A stretch of 63,231 nucleotides of DNA, counting the filler, from Hyphochytrium catenoides (Eukaryota; Protista; Hyphochytriomycota): NCBI GenBank assembly GCA_900088475.1. It is 10 parts of 10 records of this genome, joined end to end, with 100 filler letters (N's around TTAATTAATTAA, not from the genome) between each part and the next. Parts side by side here need not be neighbours in the genome. Positions count along the whole stretch, not along the records: positions 13,037 to 33,623 come from FLMG01000457.1; positions 33,724 to 46,393 come from FLMG01001831.1; 8 more parts are not named here. One strand, written 5' to 3'. The stretch's first letter is position 1. The number at the start of each line of letters is the position of its first letter. Positions 26,207 to 38,400 of the stretch are shown one piece after another. The translations under genes and the position numbers were made by a program. The notes beneath the pieces are model-generated. The model worked only from the letters and a program-made list of their open reading frames with translations, ran no database searches and was not told where the DNA came from.

Positions 26207-27217
26207 ATCTAGTACTCTGAGCTGCCACTAGCCTAACTTACATCGCCAAAAGCTAGAAAATAGCCAAAGGACTGCGAAGTTCGAGTGCGCTCTTCTCTCT
26301 ACCAACTTCAAAAGGACTACTCAGCAAGCGCGATCCGTGCGGAACACTGTGACCAAAGCCCGAAGCTAACAGTCAAGCCAACCGTGGTGCAGACAAGCCC
26401 AGTAAACTCCAAGTGATCAAAGTCCTTCATAAACGAAGATCTGAAGCTGGACTTTCATGGAGAATGAGGAAAGGTCGGCGTGCAGACAAACATCATTTTC
26501 TCTCGGAACAAAAGACTCACGGCGGCTTTTCTCTTTCTTTTCCCGTGGTTTTCGATTTCCGCGATGTGGGAGAGGAAATATATTTGGAAAGAGGGGCGGA
26601 AATGTACGCGCTGGTATAACCAAGGAAGTCGAGCGACGTACGCGTACAGGGCTGTACAGTGTCCCACACCTGTGGGTTCACTTGTCGTACGTACGCTTCT
26701 ATTCAAGGCTAAACCTACCCATTTACAGCTTATTTGGCCGTGGTTCGATGCGCACTTAGTGCGCCTTCGTCAGTTTGGGATTCTTGTGGGTTGTGGGCTC
26801 AGCCTGGAAATGATTATCTCCGAATTAAACCTGAATTGATCTTCTGGAGATTATCAGGAAAAGTTGGGCATCAGAACATCTTTTTTGAAATTCGCAGTTG
26901 AAGAGTCATTGGAGCTTCAAAAAAGAATTAAGAAGAATCTGCAAATCTGCAGCGTGTCTATTGCCCGTTTGCTCCTTCCCTTGTACAAATTATAACACAG
27001 CCACATGCCACAGCGGCCTGGGGCTCCCTCTCTATCTGAGCGTCTGGACTACTCTGACTAATAACTCTTCCGAAGAACTCGCCACCTATTGAGAGCGCTA
27101 ACTAATGATAGGTACCACTGCTCTTGAACGTTGAAAGTGGTAACGAAGCAACCGCACTGAACTCTTGTCGACGAAGAGTGCAGAACCCAGCGACAGTCTC
27201 GTACACATTTAGAAGCG

Positions 27218-29403
27218 ATGGATGGAGGAAGCGCTCATGGGTGCTTCAACCTGAAGCAGCTTGTCAATGTAGAGGGCTTAGATGCGATTTTCAAGCAGAT
27301 GATGGACCAGATCCAAAAACAGAGTCATCGAATTGAATGGTATGAGAGAGGCTCCATGTCCATGTTGATACAACTGATACTTAGCACGATGTCTTCTCAA
27401 TGGCACTTTGGACAACTCTAGTCTCGAGAAATACTTAAAAGAGAGACCCTCCTCCGAGTCGTTCCATAGAACCCAGGTAGCTGGTTTGGACAAAGTTGTT
27501 GCTCTAGAGAGACGGGTTGCGGCTTTGGAGCGAGCAATAACAGTGAATGATGACACCACGAAGGGCGTAAAGCAGAAGATGGTGAATAACCAGGCGAAAG
27601 ACGCTACTAACAGCGTCGTATCACAGAGGTTGGCAGTCAAACTATACGCCATGCCGGACCTCCCCTCGTGGAGCTCACTTCAATTTTCTCATCTCTTTAG
27701 CGGTGTCAGCATAGGGAATGCTGTCAGTCGACTTTACCAAGAGTTGGCGTCCGTGAAGACTGAAGTTCAGAATAGAGTAAGTCTCTGGGAACGGCTGAGC
27801 TGACCTATCTACCCCGTACTGTTCGAGAAGCCACGGTTCTATATCTGAAGCGTGGTAGCATGTCCTCATCATTCTTCTGCTTCACGATGCCTCTGGGTTT
27901 TTAGGCTACTTCACTGGAGATGGCAGCATTGTCCTCACGACTGGGTGAACAGCTGACGTCAGTGAGAGACCAGGTACGTCAAGCAGCTCTGATCTCCAAA
28001 TGCGAAGTTTGACCTTCCTTTCTCGCTCCGCCCAGATCACGAAACAAAGCGCTTCCAATAAAGACTTGCAAAGGTCGAACCATCCCCTTAATCTCCCTGT
28101 CTCTCTTAAGCTCACTAGTAGACTATCTTGACTCTCTTAGGCTCAGCCGCTCTGTCGTACAAGTGCAGAGCCAACTCAACAATACTATGGGCCTGCTTTC
28201 AGGAAAAGTTGACAGGGTGGGTGAGCTGCTCGACAAAGAGCTATGGGATAGAGTCAATTTGCCCTCTGCATTGAAGCTGACTTACGACAGTACGCTGCCT
28301 TCTAGACAGACATGGAACAACTGCTCTTAGCAAGCGAGAAGATTGGCGACTTTAACGCGTTCACAGCTAATGTGGAAAGAAGACTCTCTGTGGTCGAAAC
28401 TGATATTGGGGCAGTGCAGCGTGCAATGGACGAGGCCTTACAGTTGTATCTGCAGCTCTCCGCCGCCGTGTCTGAGCATTCTGGGACGATAGAGCAAAAA
28501 GCTGACAGGTACTCACTGGAAGAACAATTGATTACTACCATACGACCTCTCCATCTTTCCTACTTCTACCATCATCAATTTTCTGTTTCTACATTTCTTC
28601 TCCTGACGAGAGCTGCTTCTAATGTTTTGCACATCAATAGACTTATGCTAGACGACTTGGCCAGTGACCAGAGCCAGTTAGAGTTCCGCCTGCTACAGAA
28701 GTACAGCCATCTGTACAAGCTGCACGAGAAGCACCATGCTGATGTCCGAAAGCAGCTGCAGAGAGATTGTCAAAGTCTTGAAATGCATGAACAGCAACTT
28801 CAGGCACAAGAGAGGCAGCTCCAAGAGCTGTGTAGAGCGTCGAAAGCTCTAAGCTCTAGCGTGCAGGTCCGACGAAACCTGCATACTTCTGGTTGCAACT
28901 TCACTTACGTATCGTCCTCCATCGATTCCTTGGAACGTTATAGGCGGAACAGACACAGGTGGCTGACGAGCTGCGAGACAGGCTCCTCGGTCTAAAGAGG
29001 GAACTTGAGTCTAAAGTAGGCTTGCCCTGGTGTCTCCTATCTATTCTGCTTGTTAGCAGCCCAACTTAACAAACCCTCTAGGCGTGGCTGGATGAGAGTA
29101 AGGAACAGGAAAAGAAGGTTGAAGGGTTATTACACTGGCGGCAAGCGCAGGAGCAGCGCATGGAGGTGGTACTTCGCTTTATAAAATGGTTCTCGGAGCG
29201 TGGGGTGAGTGCTAAGCTACTACTCTTCCTGCTTTTAAGACAGACGAAGTGACGTCTGTCTATCTGTCGTTTTCAACGACCTGTGACAGGAACCATATGA
29301 ACACAATCTGAAGGCTATTGAGCGCCAGCTGAAAAACCTCTCCGCAGCGTCGGCCCCCCAGAAGCGGGAGCCATATGATGGTCGAGTGCGCTTCCGCACG
29401 TAG
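27218..29403 (+). CDS. Multi-exon coiled-coil protein of unknown function
   Basis: MDGGSAHGCFNLKQLVNVEGLDAIFKQMMDQIQKQSHRIE..., followed by heptad-rich exons and terminal exons ...LRFIKWFSERG|EPYEHNLKAIERQLKNL...RVRFRT*; short GT-AG introns. Confidence 0.75.
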
Positions 29404-29600
29404 CGCGGGCGGCGGCTAATACCTTAGAAAGTGGAGGAGCAACAATGTGACGAGGCTGTACATCACTGTATCAATAGCTGTAATGTGATTCCCCCGCCGC
29501 CTCCGCCCTGCGATGATCTAATTTATGGAGTATTGTGCAAGCTCTGCGGCCAATATCTATACCTGCTTCCTCTCAGTATTTCGTTGCCCTCAGAGAGGGC

Positions 29601-32600
29601 TTACTTCAGCCATTGTGTCGACTCAACCACTGCAAAACACAGTCAGAAAGAAACGTCCGTCAGCAAATAGAGCCCAGCCCACCCCAAAGGAAATGTCTTT
29701 GTTTCTTGAAGGATAGGAGAGAGGCGGCCGTCCATACCTTGCCGACTCCGCGCGTCAATTGGTCTGAGGTCCATAGACTCTGGGGCCGGAGTTCCTTCCA
29801 CTAGCAGCTGAGAGTTCGCTGGGTAGGAAGCTGGCACCTCGTATTCTTCTCTTTCACTATCGGGAAAGGCACTTCCTTCCACATACTCTGTCTGAGGGAC
29901 GATAAAGTCGGAGTCTCTGGAGTCTCTGGTCCTCAAGTCTTGGGAGAGGGACAGAGAAAGAGAGTCGGCGGTACCTTAGCAGGGATGCACGGACCCAACA
30001 TGCCAAGAGAAGGGATCTTGAACGTCAAGAACATACCCGGAGATCTGTTGCTCTTCGAAGAGAAAGGAGATGGGTTCTGACACTTGGGCGTCATCGACTC
30101 TGAAGGTACTTCGTGCTGAGCTGTTATCGACTCTGAAGGTCCTTCCTGCCGAGCTATTGTTGCGTCTCCCTGCGCGGGGAAGATAAGTTAATGACTATAA
30201 ACAGAGGAAGAGGCGGACAGGCATCATACCACTAAATTAATGGGAAGTTTCGTGCGTATCAGTGGCATTGAGAGAGGGCTCGCTGTCTCTTGAGAGTGCT
30301 CTGGCCTGGGAACATCAGAGCCACCTTTTTCTTCCTGTTCTGGAACGACTTCCTCCAGCATCGGGGCTGGAGACTCTGCTCTTTCATCTAGGGCGGGAGC
30401 GGCACCAGTCGTGAGTGCGGAAGATCCTATGAAGCGGACCGCAGGTTCTGAAAGTAGGGCTGGGGACCTTGCTCCTTTATCTAAGGCGGATGGAGCACCA
30501 GTCGTTCCGGATCCTGAAGATCCCGTGAACCGGGCTCCACGTTTTGGAGGAGTTGGTGTATGGGAGGGATATAGAGACGGAGGAGGTGTAGACGACGCTC
30601 CATCCAACGGTTCATGATCTTTGTCATGACTACGATTACGAGGAAGAGTAGCGGGAGAAGATGGTGATGGTCTCGATGAAGTCCCAGCAGATATGTGCAT
30701 AAGCCTCTGAAGACGCTGAAGATGACTGCTAAGATCCTGCTTGTTACCTTCAAAGTACTGTGGCCAAAGAAAGCGGAAAGAGAGAAACAGAGAAAGATAG
30801 GAAGGGAGAGAGACAGAGGTGGTGAGGCTCAAGAAGATGTAAGTTCCAACAAAGCAGATTCAAACCTGAGTCTCGGGCAAAGGCGACTCCTCAACAAAGA
30901 TCTCCCTTTCAGTCATTGATCCCTGCTTTGCATAATCAGCGCAGCTCATCAACCCTGCTGCTTCAATCTTGTTCGCCGGCGTAGAGGCTTTCGAGGATGG
31001 AGATGCCCCTTTTGAGGCCAACCCATTGTCCGCGTGGATGGCCGGTGGAGGCAAATTTGAGAACACTGCTGGAGGATGCGGACCGGAGCTACTCTGAGGA
31101 GGGATTCCTAGAACAGGGCTGAGGATATCTTCGTCGTCCAAATCTTCATCGTCCTCTATCTGTACAGGATGTGGCTGGATGGGAGCTGGCCGCAGGGGAG
31201 TCCTTGGGCCTTCTCTTTGTTCTAGGCTATGGTCAAATGGGTCTAACTTCTGAGTGCTGACTGTTGAAGAACGAGAGATATCAGGTTTATCGCAATGTCG
31301 AAGGGTCTGGGTCGCCATGTTTGCTTCCTGAGATGTGAGAGATTCTTTCAGCTCCGTGCGCTGCACTCCCTTGTTCTCAGGCTTCGACGTTCTTGAAAGA
31401 AGCGGACTCTTGCCCGGAGAAAGGGTGAACTTGTGGTCAGAAAAGAGGTCTTCAACCTGCTTATGTGTCGCCCAGGTCTGGTCCTCGACTCCAGCAACCA
31501 CTCCTGTCCTTGACCTCTGGGTTTGGTTGTTGCTCGGCTGCGAGGCGTTAGTCTGTGCTTCTTTGCCTCTCCCATTTTCCTCGGCCACATGACTGTCTAA
31601 AACGCTGATCTTTGCCTTTGTAATATTGCCTTCCTTCGGAAGCTGCGCCATTCCCGTGTCCCTCTTCTCTTGCTTTACTTCCTCACGAGAGTCTGAGAGA
31701 TCGAGAACCAGGTCAATGATCTCAACCGTGGAGGTGGAGGGACCAGCATTGACAAATCTCGATTTCGGGTCACAATGACTTTCTTCATCTCTCTTCTGCT
31801 TTTTCAAAGAAAGGCGGTTCCCTAGCTTGGCTGGGGCTTCGGCGCGCCACTTTGGTCGCTTGTGCTGTCTTCCCCTATTATCATCATTTTCTTTGTCATC
31901 ATGCGGAGCGGCCTCCCCTGGAAGCAGAAAGAGTAAGGGTCGAAATAGGTCTCCCTTACGGAGCAGAGTCCACAATGTTTGTTTGGTGACTCTTTAAACC
32001 CATGGGGCCTGGTGTTAGGATCTCTCTTCTCAATTCCCCCGTTCTCTATCAGCTTTGATCTTCTATTCTGCCCATTGGCCTTCCGCATCTACCTACGGAC
32101 CCTCAACATTTCGCCTTGCTGGTCTCTCGAATGTTACCTACCAATTATTGGCCGTAGAAGGTTTATGACAGGAATCCAGCGAGCGACCATGCTTTCCTAG
32201 AAAGATAGGCATTATTTCGTCACTAACTAGCTGTTAAAGGACTCTCTCTCAGGCCCTAAGAAGCTCTTAGCTAGAAGGATGGACGAGGTGCAGGTGCTTC
32301 TGATGTTAATGATGGTATCTAAGGCTGATGTGTGACGAAGAAAGGATAATTCAGCTTGTGGAGGAAAGCAGTGTTTGCCCTACCAGCGTCTGGTTCTTGT
32401 GGATATCCCGAGGGATTGATGGCAAACTGCAGGTAGGACATCGCTGTTGGTCATCCAGATGCTTCTCCAGGCACTTTCTGTGAGGGCAAAAGGCGATTAC
32501 TAGGACTCAAATATACAGGATGCCCATGAGAATAACGCAAACAACAGACAGTAAGGGTGATAGAACGAAGGCAGTTGAAGGACACTAAGCGAGAGTGAGC

Positions 32601-32971
32601 CGGCAGAGAGAGCATCAGCGTATAGACCGACACATGGGATCTTACTTGCAGAAGTTATGGTTACACTGCAGACAGACTGGGTCTTTGAAAATGTTGGAGC
32701 TACGAGCAGAGACCTTGGTTACGTTCCACAGCCTCAAATGAGGAATGGCAGAGCAGAAGCAGAGGAAACAAACAATGAGGGACTAGTGTAGCCATAAAAG
32801 ACCTGAACATCGCTAGTGTTGAATGCGGAGAGGGTGCAAGCTGACCGCGGAGGTGGTCTCAGCCTACCAGAGACGGCAGCGCAGTGCCTGATCGATGCCT
32901 CTAATGGCTCTGCGTTTGTCCTGGTCAAGCCAGACCTTTACATCCTCCTTGCCGCTGGCTCCTTCCTCCAT
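29601..32971 (-). CDS. N-terminal RING-HC protein (BRCA1/BARD1/RAD18-like RING) with long disordered tail
   Basis: The RING is not visible in the ORF track. Short exons splice to MEEGASGKEDVKVWLDQDKRRAIRGIDQALRCRL|CSNIFKDPVCLQCNHNFC|KKCLEKHLDDQQRCPTCSLPSIPRDIHKNQTL|ESMVARWIPVINLL. Large exons (30860-31920, 30224-30760 etc.) follow, with a probable last exon VVESTQWLK*. Start and end are tentative. Confidence 0.8.
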
Positions 32972-35438
32972 CAGGTACCTTCTACTCGTATGCGAAAGAG
33001 AAATTAGGAGAAACGCCAAAGGCGAGTGGCATCTTCTGGGTTCAAAAGTGAGTCAAGGAGTGGACTTCAAACATGGGCCATGCCCTGTATTTGACTGCCA
33101 AACGGAGGCGCTGCAAATGAGCAATGGACTGCTCGATGCTGACCCGTAGAACAGGTGATACACGGACCAACCTGTGGAGCTAGCTGTGGAGGAGGAGCTA
33201 GACACAAGAAAGAGTGCGAGATACCAGGAAAGGGTGGCAAGGTTTAGCTTTCTGCCAACATCAAGAACATTCTCAACTTTCTCTATCCGCCCCTGTCAGT
33301 CTGTCTCTCTCTTCCGTCGTCTTCTAGCGCCCTCTGCCTACGCGCTGCAATCCGTTGTCTGCTACCTCCGTCCTTGTAGAGTCAAGCTCTGCAAGTTCCA
33401 AAGCTCTGAAGCTTTGACGTGGAACGGAAAGTGAAGATCAAAAACTCAAATCAGAACTTTACGCGGCTTCCCGCCACCGCATATTCATAATAGGTCCCTT
33501 ATTTGAACTATTATATTAGAATAAACCTTGCTGTTATTTGGGATCAAACATCATCTGTCATACAGCACCCGTTCTCGTTCTTGCCCTTTGTTCTCGCAGC
33601 CTTGCTCTCTCTCTCTCTCTCTCNNNNNNNNNNNNNNNNNNNNNNNNNNNNNNNNNNNNNNNNNNNNTTAATTAATTAANNNNNNNNNNNNNNNNNNNNN
33701 NNNNNNNNNNNNNNNNNNNNNNNGCGCAACCCGGTGGTTAGCAGCCGTCTGAGGAGATATACATATAACAGGAAGCGTCTGAAGGCTCTAAGGACCGACA
33801 ATGGAGGCGAGTACACCTCCAACGAACTCGAAAGCTGGCTGAAAGAACAAGGGATTGTTCATGAGGCAACATTTCCAGAGGCCTCGCACCAGAATGGGAT
33901 TGCAGAGCGGTACAATCAAACTACCGTTGGATTGATTAGAGCTATTTTAGTAACTTCTGGTCTTCCCAAGAAGTTCTGGGCGGAGGCTCTAAACTGCGCC
34001 ATCTATTTGCTGAATCGCCTGAAACCAGCTGGACTAGAAGGCATGGTTCCCATGGAGGCGTGGTCGGGCCACCGGCCTACTCTCTCTCACTTACGGGTCT
34101 TTGGTTGTCTTGCCTTCGCCAAAGTAGCAGAGCCAGACCGCAAGAAGCTTGATGACAAGGGCAAGCGCTGCGTCATGCTGGAATACTCGTCTCTACAGAA
34201 GGGGTATCGGCTTCTAGATCTGGGGACTGAAAATATTGTCGTCGCTAAAAATAATAAAGAGGATGTCTTCCCCTTTAAAGTGAAGGAGGGGACAAGCGAG
34301 GACGATAACGAAGGGACTTACCAGGATGAATACACGACTGGAGATGAAGAGCCTGTCTTGTTTGATGTCCCGGAAGATGGTCACGGCGTAAATCCAGAGG
34401 AAGAAGTGGTAGATGAGCGTCAACGGAACTATTAGAGGAGCCTTTTGGAGGTCAAGGTGCACCACCACCCGAGGATTCTCAAGACTCTGAAGAGGAAGAG
34501 GGGCCTCCAGAATTACGTCGCTCTGCTAGGGTCAGGAAGCAGTTCGACAATGGCGGCCCATACATCGCCTTCGTCGCTCAGGCTTCAACGCCGTCTCCTC
34601 TGAATGAACCAATCGATTTACCGTGAGGCTCTTGCCTCTACTGAAGCCGAGGAATGGAAGGTAGCCATGGAGGCAGAACTAGCATCTTTGAACAAGAATG
34701 GCACCTGGGATCGGACCTCGTGGATCACCCTCCTGGAAGAATAGCCATCGTAAGCAAATGGGCCTTTAAGAAGAAGCTAAACCCAGACTGGTCGGTGGAG
34801 AGGTATAAAGCCAGACTAGTGGCGAAGGACTTCTCACAGAAAGCGGGGATTGATTACGCTGAGACCTTCTCTACAGTGGTGAACTATGTCACTGTGCGGT
34901 GCCCTCTCTCTATTGCGGTGACAAGAGACCTTGAGATCCAACAGATGGATATCAGAAGAAGATACCTGAAGGTGGCGTGGCATCAGGCACCTACGGAAAG
35001 GTCTGTAAGCTTAAGAAGAGCTTATATGGACTAAAGCAAGCTCCAAGACAGTGGAATCACAAAATGGATTAAAGTCTGACGTCTTATGGACTCTTACCTA
35101 GCGAAGGAGAACCCTGTCTCTACCACCACTTGGTCAACGAAGGGCTTGAGCGCTACGTTGCTGTGTTTGTAGATGATATGCATCGTCTGCAACAGTATGG
35201 CTGAGGTTGGTAAGCTGAAACAGAGCCTGAAGCTCTAGTATGATCTCAAGAACATGGGAGAGCTCGGGTACTTCCTAGGGTTCGCAGTAAAGAGGTGCAG
35301 AACTACACGAAAACTTTTTCTCTCTCAACGGAAGTACACGGGGCGATATTCTAGAAGAGCGTTTTGGAATGATGGACTGTAAGCCTGTCGTTACTCCCAT
35401 GAATCCAGGAGATCGACTCTCTGAACAGCAAAGTCCTA

Positions 35439-38400
35439 CAAAAGGGTTAGTGCCACACGCATCTTCGACGACAGAACAGAAAAATGCAGTTGCTAACGGT
35501 CAGAAAGTTCTGTCACCAAACTTCTGTCGCCGGGGGTCTGACAGAAAAACACCCCAAACTTCTGTCAGACCCCCATTCAGAAAAAGTGATGACAGATGAC
35601 AGAAGTGTTTTGGGTTAAAATACAGAACCGGTCCAGCCCCAATACTCTATTTGAGCACCTTCGTTCATATTTGGGTATGAAATGGTCGGTTGACATTCCG
35701 AAAACCAAATTTTCATTTACTTTTCGTTAAGTTTGCCAATTTGTCAACCTGTCAAACAAAGAGCACTTTTCACTTTAGATTTACCCCACATTTGTCAACA
35801 GAAAGCGCTCAAATGCCCCACATTTGTGAATTGAGTGCGTTGGCTGTCAGTTATACATTACGTTCCGTGTAAAAGCTCAATGTGTGGCTTTGTTGAGACG
35901 GCGCAGGTAGAGTTGAACGCGTGCGCAGGTGGTAGTACGAACTCGGTTCTCCTGTCTTTTAGAGCAATAGCCCCAACTATTCGTCCCAGATAACGACGAG
36001 TCGGATTCCAAAGCAAGGCCTGAAAAATACAAGCCTTCTCCTCCAAAACTTCTTGATCAGTTTGGCAGGGTGGCACTAACCCATCATAACAGGCTGCCAA
36101 TTCATTGCTAGGGTATTTCGTAGAAGTGCCAATTCTTCGGAAAAGAAGGGGGAAAGAAAAAGGAAAACCGTAATGCTGTGTTCAATACAGGAACCACAGG
36201 AAATGATGCGAACTGGAAAACAAGCTGTTTTCCTTTAGCTTTCCTGTTGCCTACCACCAAAAAATGGTGTGCCAAGTCTTCGCTTCAAAGAGTTGCCAGG
36301 GCTTCCTAACAGTAAGTTTGCGCAACCGCTGAAAGATGTGAGCTGGGACCGCCAACCTCCACTTCTGGCGGATTTTACGACAAAGTACGGGTTGGCGGCT
36401 TTGGTAGGGAGAAAGGCCCCAGAGAAGAGCTGATTGCTCAAGGTTCCCTTCAGCCAATCACAGCTCAGAAAGCCAAATGTTGTACGTTAGCCCCCCTAAC
36501 TGTTGCACGTTAGCGGCTCTTAATCCGGTTTCTATTGGCTGTTGGGATGTCAAGCGCTGTGATAGGTGGGATGATGGTTCCGCTGACCTTGGGGCCCAAA
36601 GTCACCAGCTTAGGCAGAGACTTCCCTTAGAATCTGCCCATGGGAAATTATTGCTGGCGAAAGGTCATCATGAGTGGTGTGTTCTGATGGGTGATGATGA
36701 GCTGTTGAGCACGCAGTTCCTCCTTTGTCGTCCTTTATTCCTGTTGTCAGGCAATTTATTATGATCTGTAGTGTACCTGTAGGGAGGAGGACAGAAGGCA
36801 GTGATGACTAGCTAGCCGCCAGAAGACAAGAGGGCTTCTGCGTCTCTCGTGAATGAGGAGTCAAGTACTAAAGGAGCCTAGACCTTCCTAGTGCTGCATG
36901 CAGGTATGGCCAAAAAAGGACGACGACGGAAGCTATTAGCAGTAGGAGGGGAGCGGGGCAGCAGACAACAAGAGCTTGCTGAACTATTACTAGGTATGGA
37001 CTCCGTGATTCCCCTCCCTGCAGCTAGCGAGGAACAGGAGGTTGGGACAAGAGCTTGTAGAAGCTACATTCGTAGGGGAGAAGGAGGAGGAAGAAACAGC
37101 CACCACTGTGTACATCTGTCGCTTATTATTTATCGATTGTTGTGTTCTTCGGAAATATGGCACGCCAAGAAGAACAGAGACATGAGGAATCGAAGTTCTC
37201 GGCACAAAAGCCAATGCTGCGTACAGGAAGCAGGCTGCAAGAATACAAGTGTAGATAAATGAACATGACTAATAAGCGCCCTATAGGCTTGTTAGAGTTG
37301 TTGTAGATTCTTGTACATCCAGACAGGCTCCTCTCTCATGGAGACATTATGGCTCTGCAACAACAAGTTTATGTGGTTGCCACACCAGAGAAAACAACAG
37401 CACGAGAAAGGGGTACATATCCGTAAAATCGCCTTAGCAGTCATGGGCGTTGGTATGGCATCTTTCCATCGGTTCTGTGAGGATCAAGTTCAGATCCCAA
37501 ACGGACGGCTTAAGACATCGCGGATTCTCTGGGTTGAATTCGCTAAAATTGTTTGATAGCTAGCATCATTCACGATAGCTACTCTTGCCCTTAGAAGTCT
37601 TGAACTGTAGCTCCTTGACGTGGCATAACAGCTGCTGAGATAAGTTGTCCGTCCTCCAGGAGCCCTGAAGAACAGTGGTGGCTATTTCCAGCCTAGGTGA
37701 GCTGGTGGTGAGCTTATTACACATGGTCCCAATTACAGAGAGACATATGAACCTAGAAGAGGCGCACTTAAAGCTGTTGTCTTGTAGACCTGCGACCACA
37801 CTTCAGCCAGTTTGGCGTTCTCGAACTTTCTCAGCTTTTCTCTTCTTTAAATAGCTTGCTGAGATGGAGGCAAGGTTCCTCCTCCTCTGGTAGTCGGCCT
37901 CCATCTAGGAGCTCCTCTCCGTCGTCTGAAAACTCGTCTCGATCAGGTTCATGAGCAAGCTTCACGAGAGACTTGTGACTCGGCAGCGGGGGGCTGCTAC
38001 ACCCTGCAGTGGCTCTTGTGGAGGCAGAAGCAGAAGCACTGTGTAACATGAGAGGCTGAGGCGGGTCTCGAGAGAGAGAGAGAGAGAAGGTGCTCTGTCT
38101 GTACCTTGGCTGGCCAGGCCTCAGTTCAGACAAGCACCACGCAAAGGAAACTTCGCGGGAACACTCGCAAGGAGCAAAGCATCTTCTACTCTAGAAAGAA
38201 GTCTATTAACTGCCAAACATAGGTGAGAAAGAGTCTCCCTCATGAAAGAGTCACTCTAGCTGAGAATGCGAAGATAGAAGAGTAACCTGCAAGAGAGGTT
38301 GGGTCAACAGCAGGCTATTCTAAGCACATGCAAAGAAGAAGAAGAGGGAAGAAAGGGAAATGAAGGAGAGCATCCGTCGTCAGAGCTCTTCGTTGACTCT

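Noticed and set aside
26735-26760. GGTTCGA T-loop-like motif
   Set aside because: No cloverleaf stems could be formed around it.
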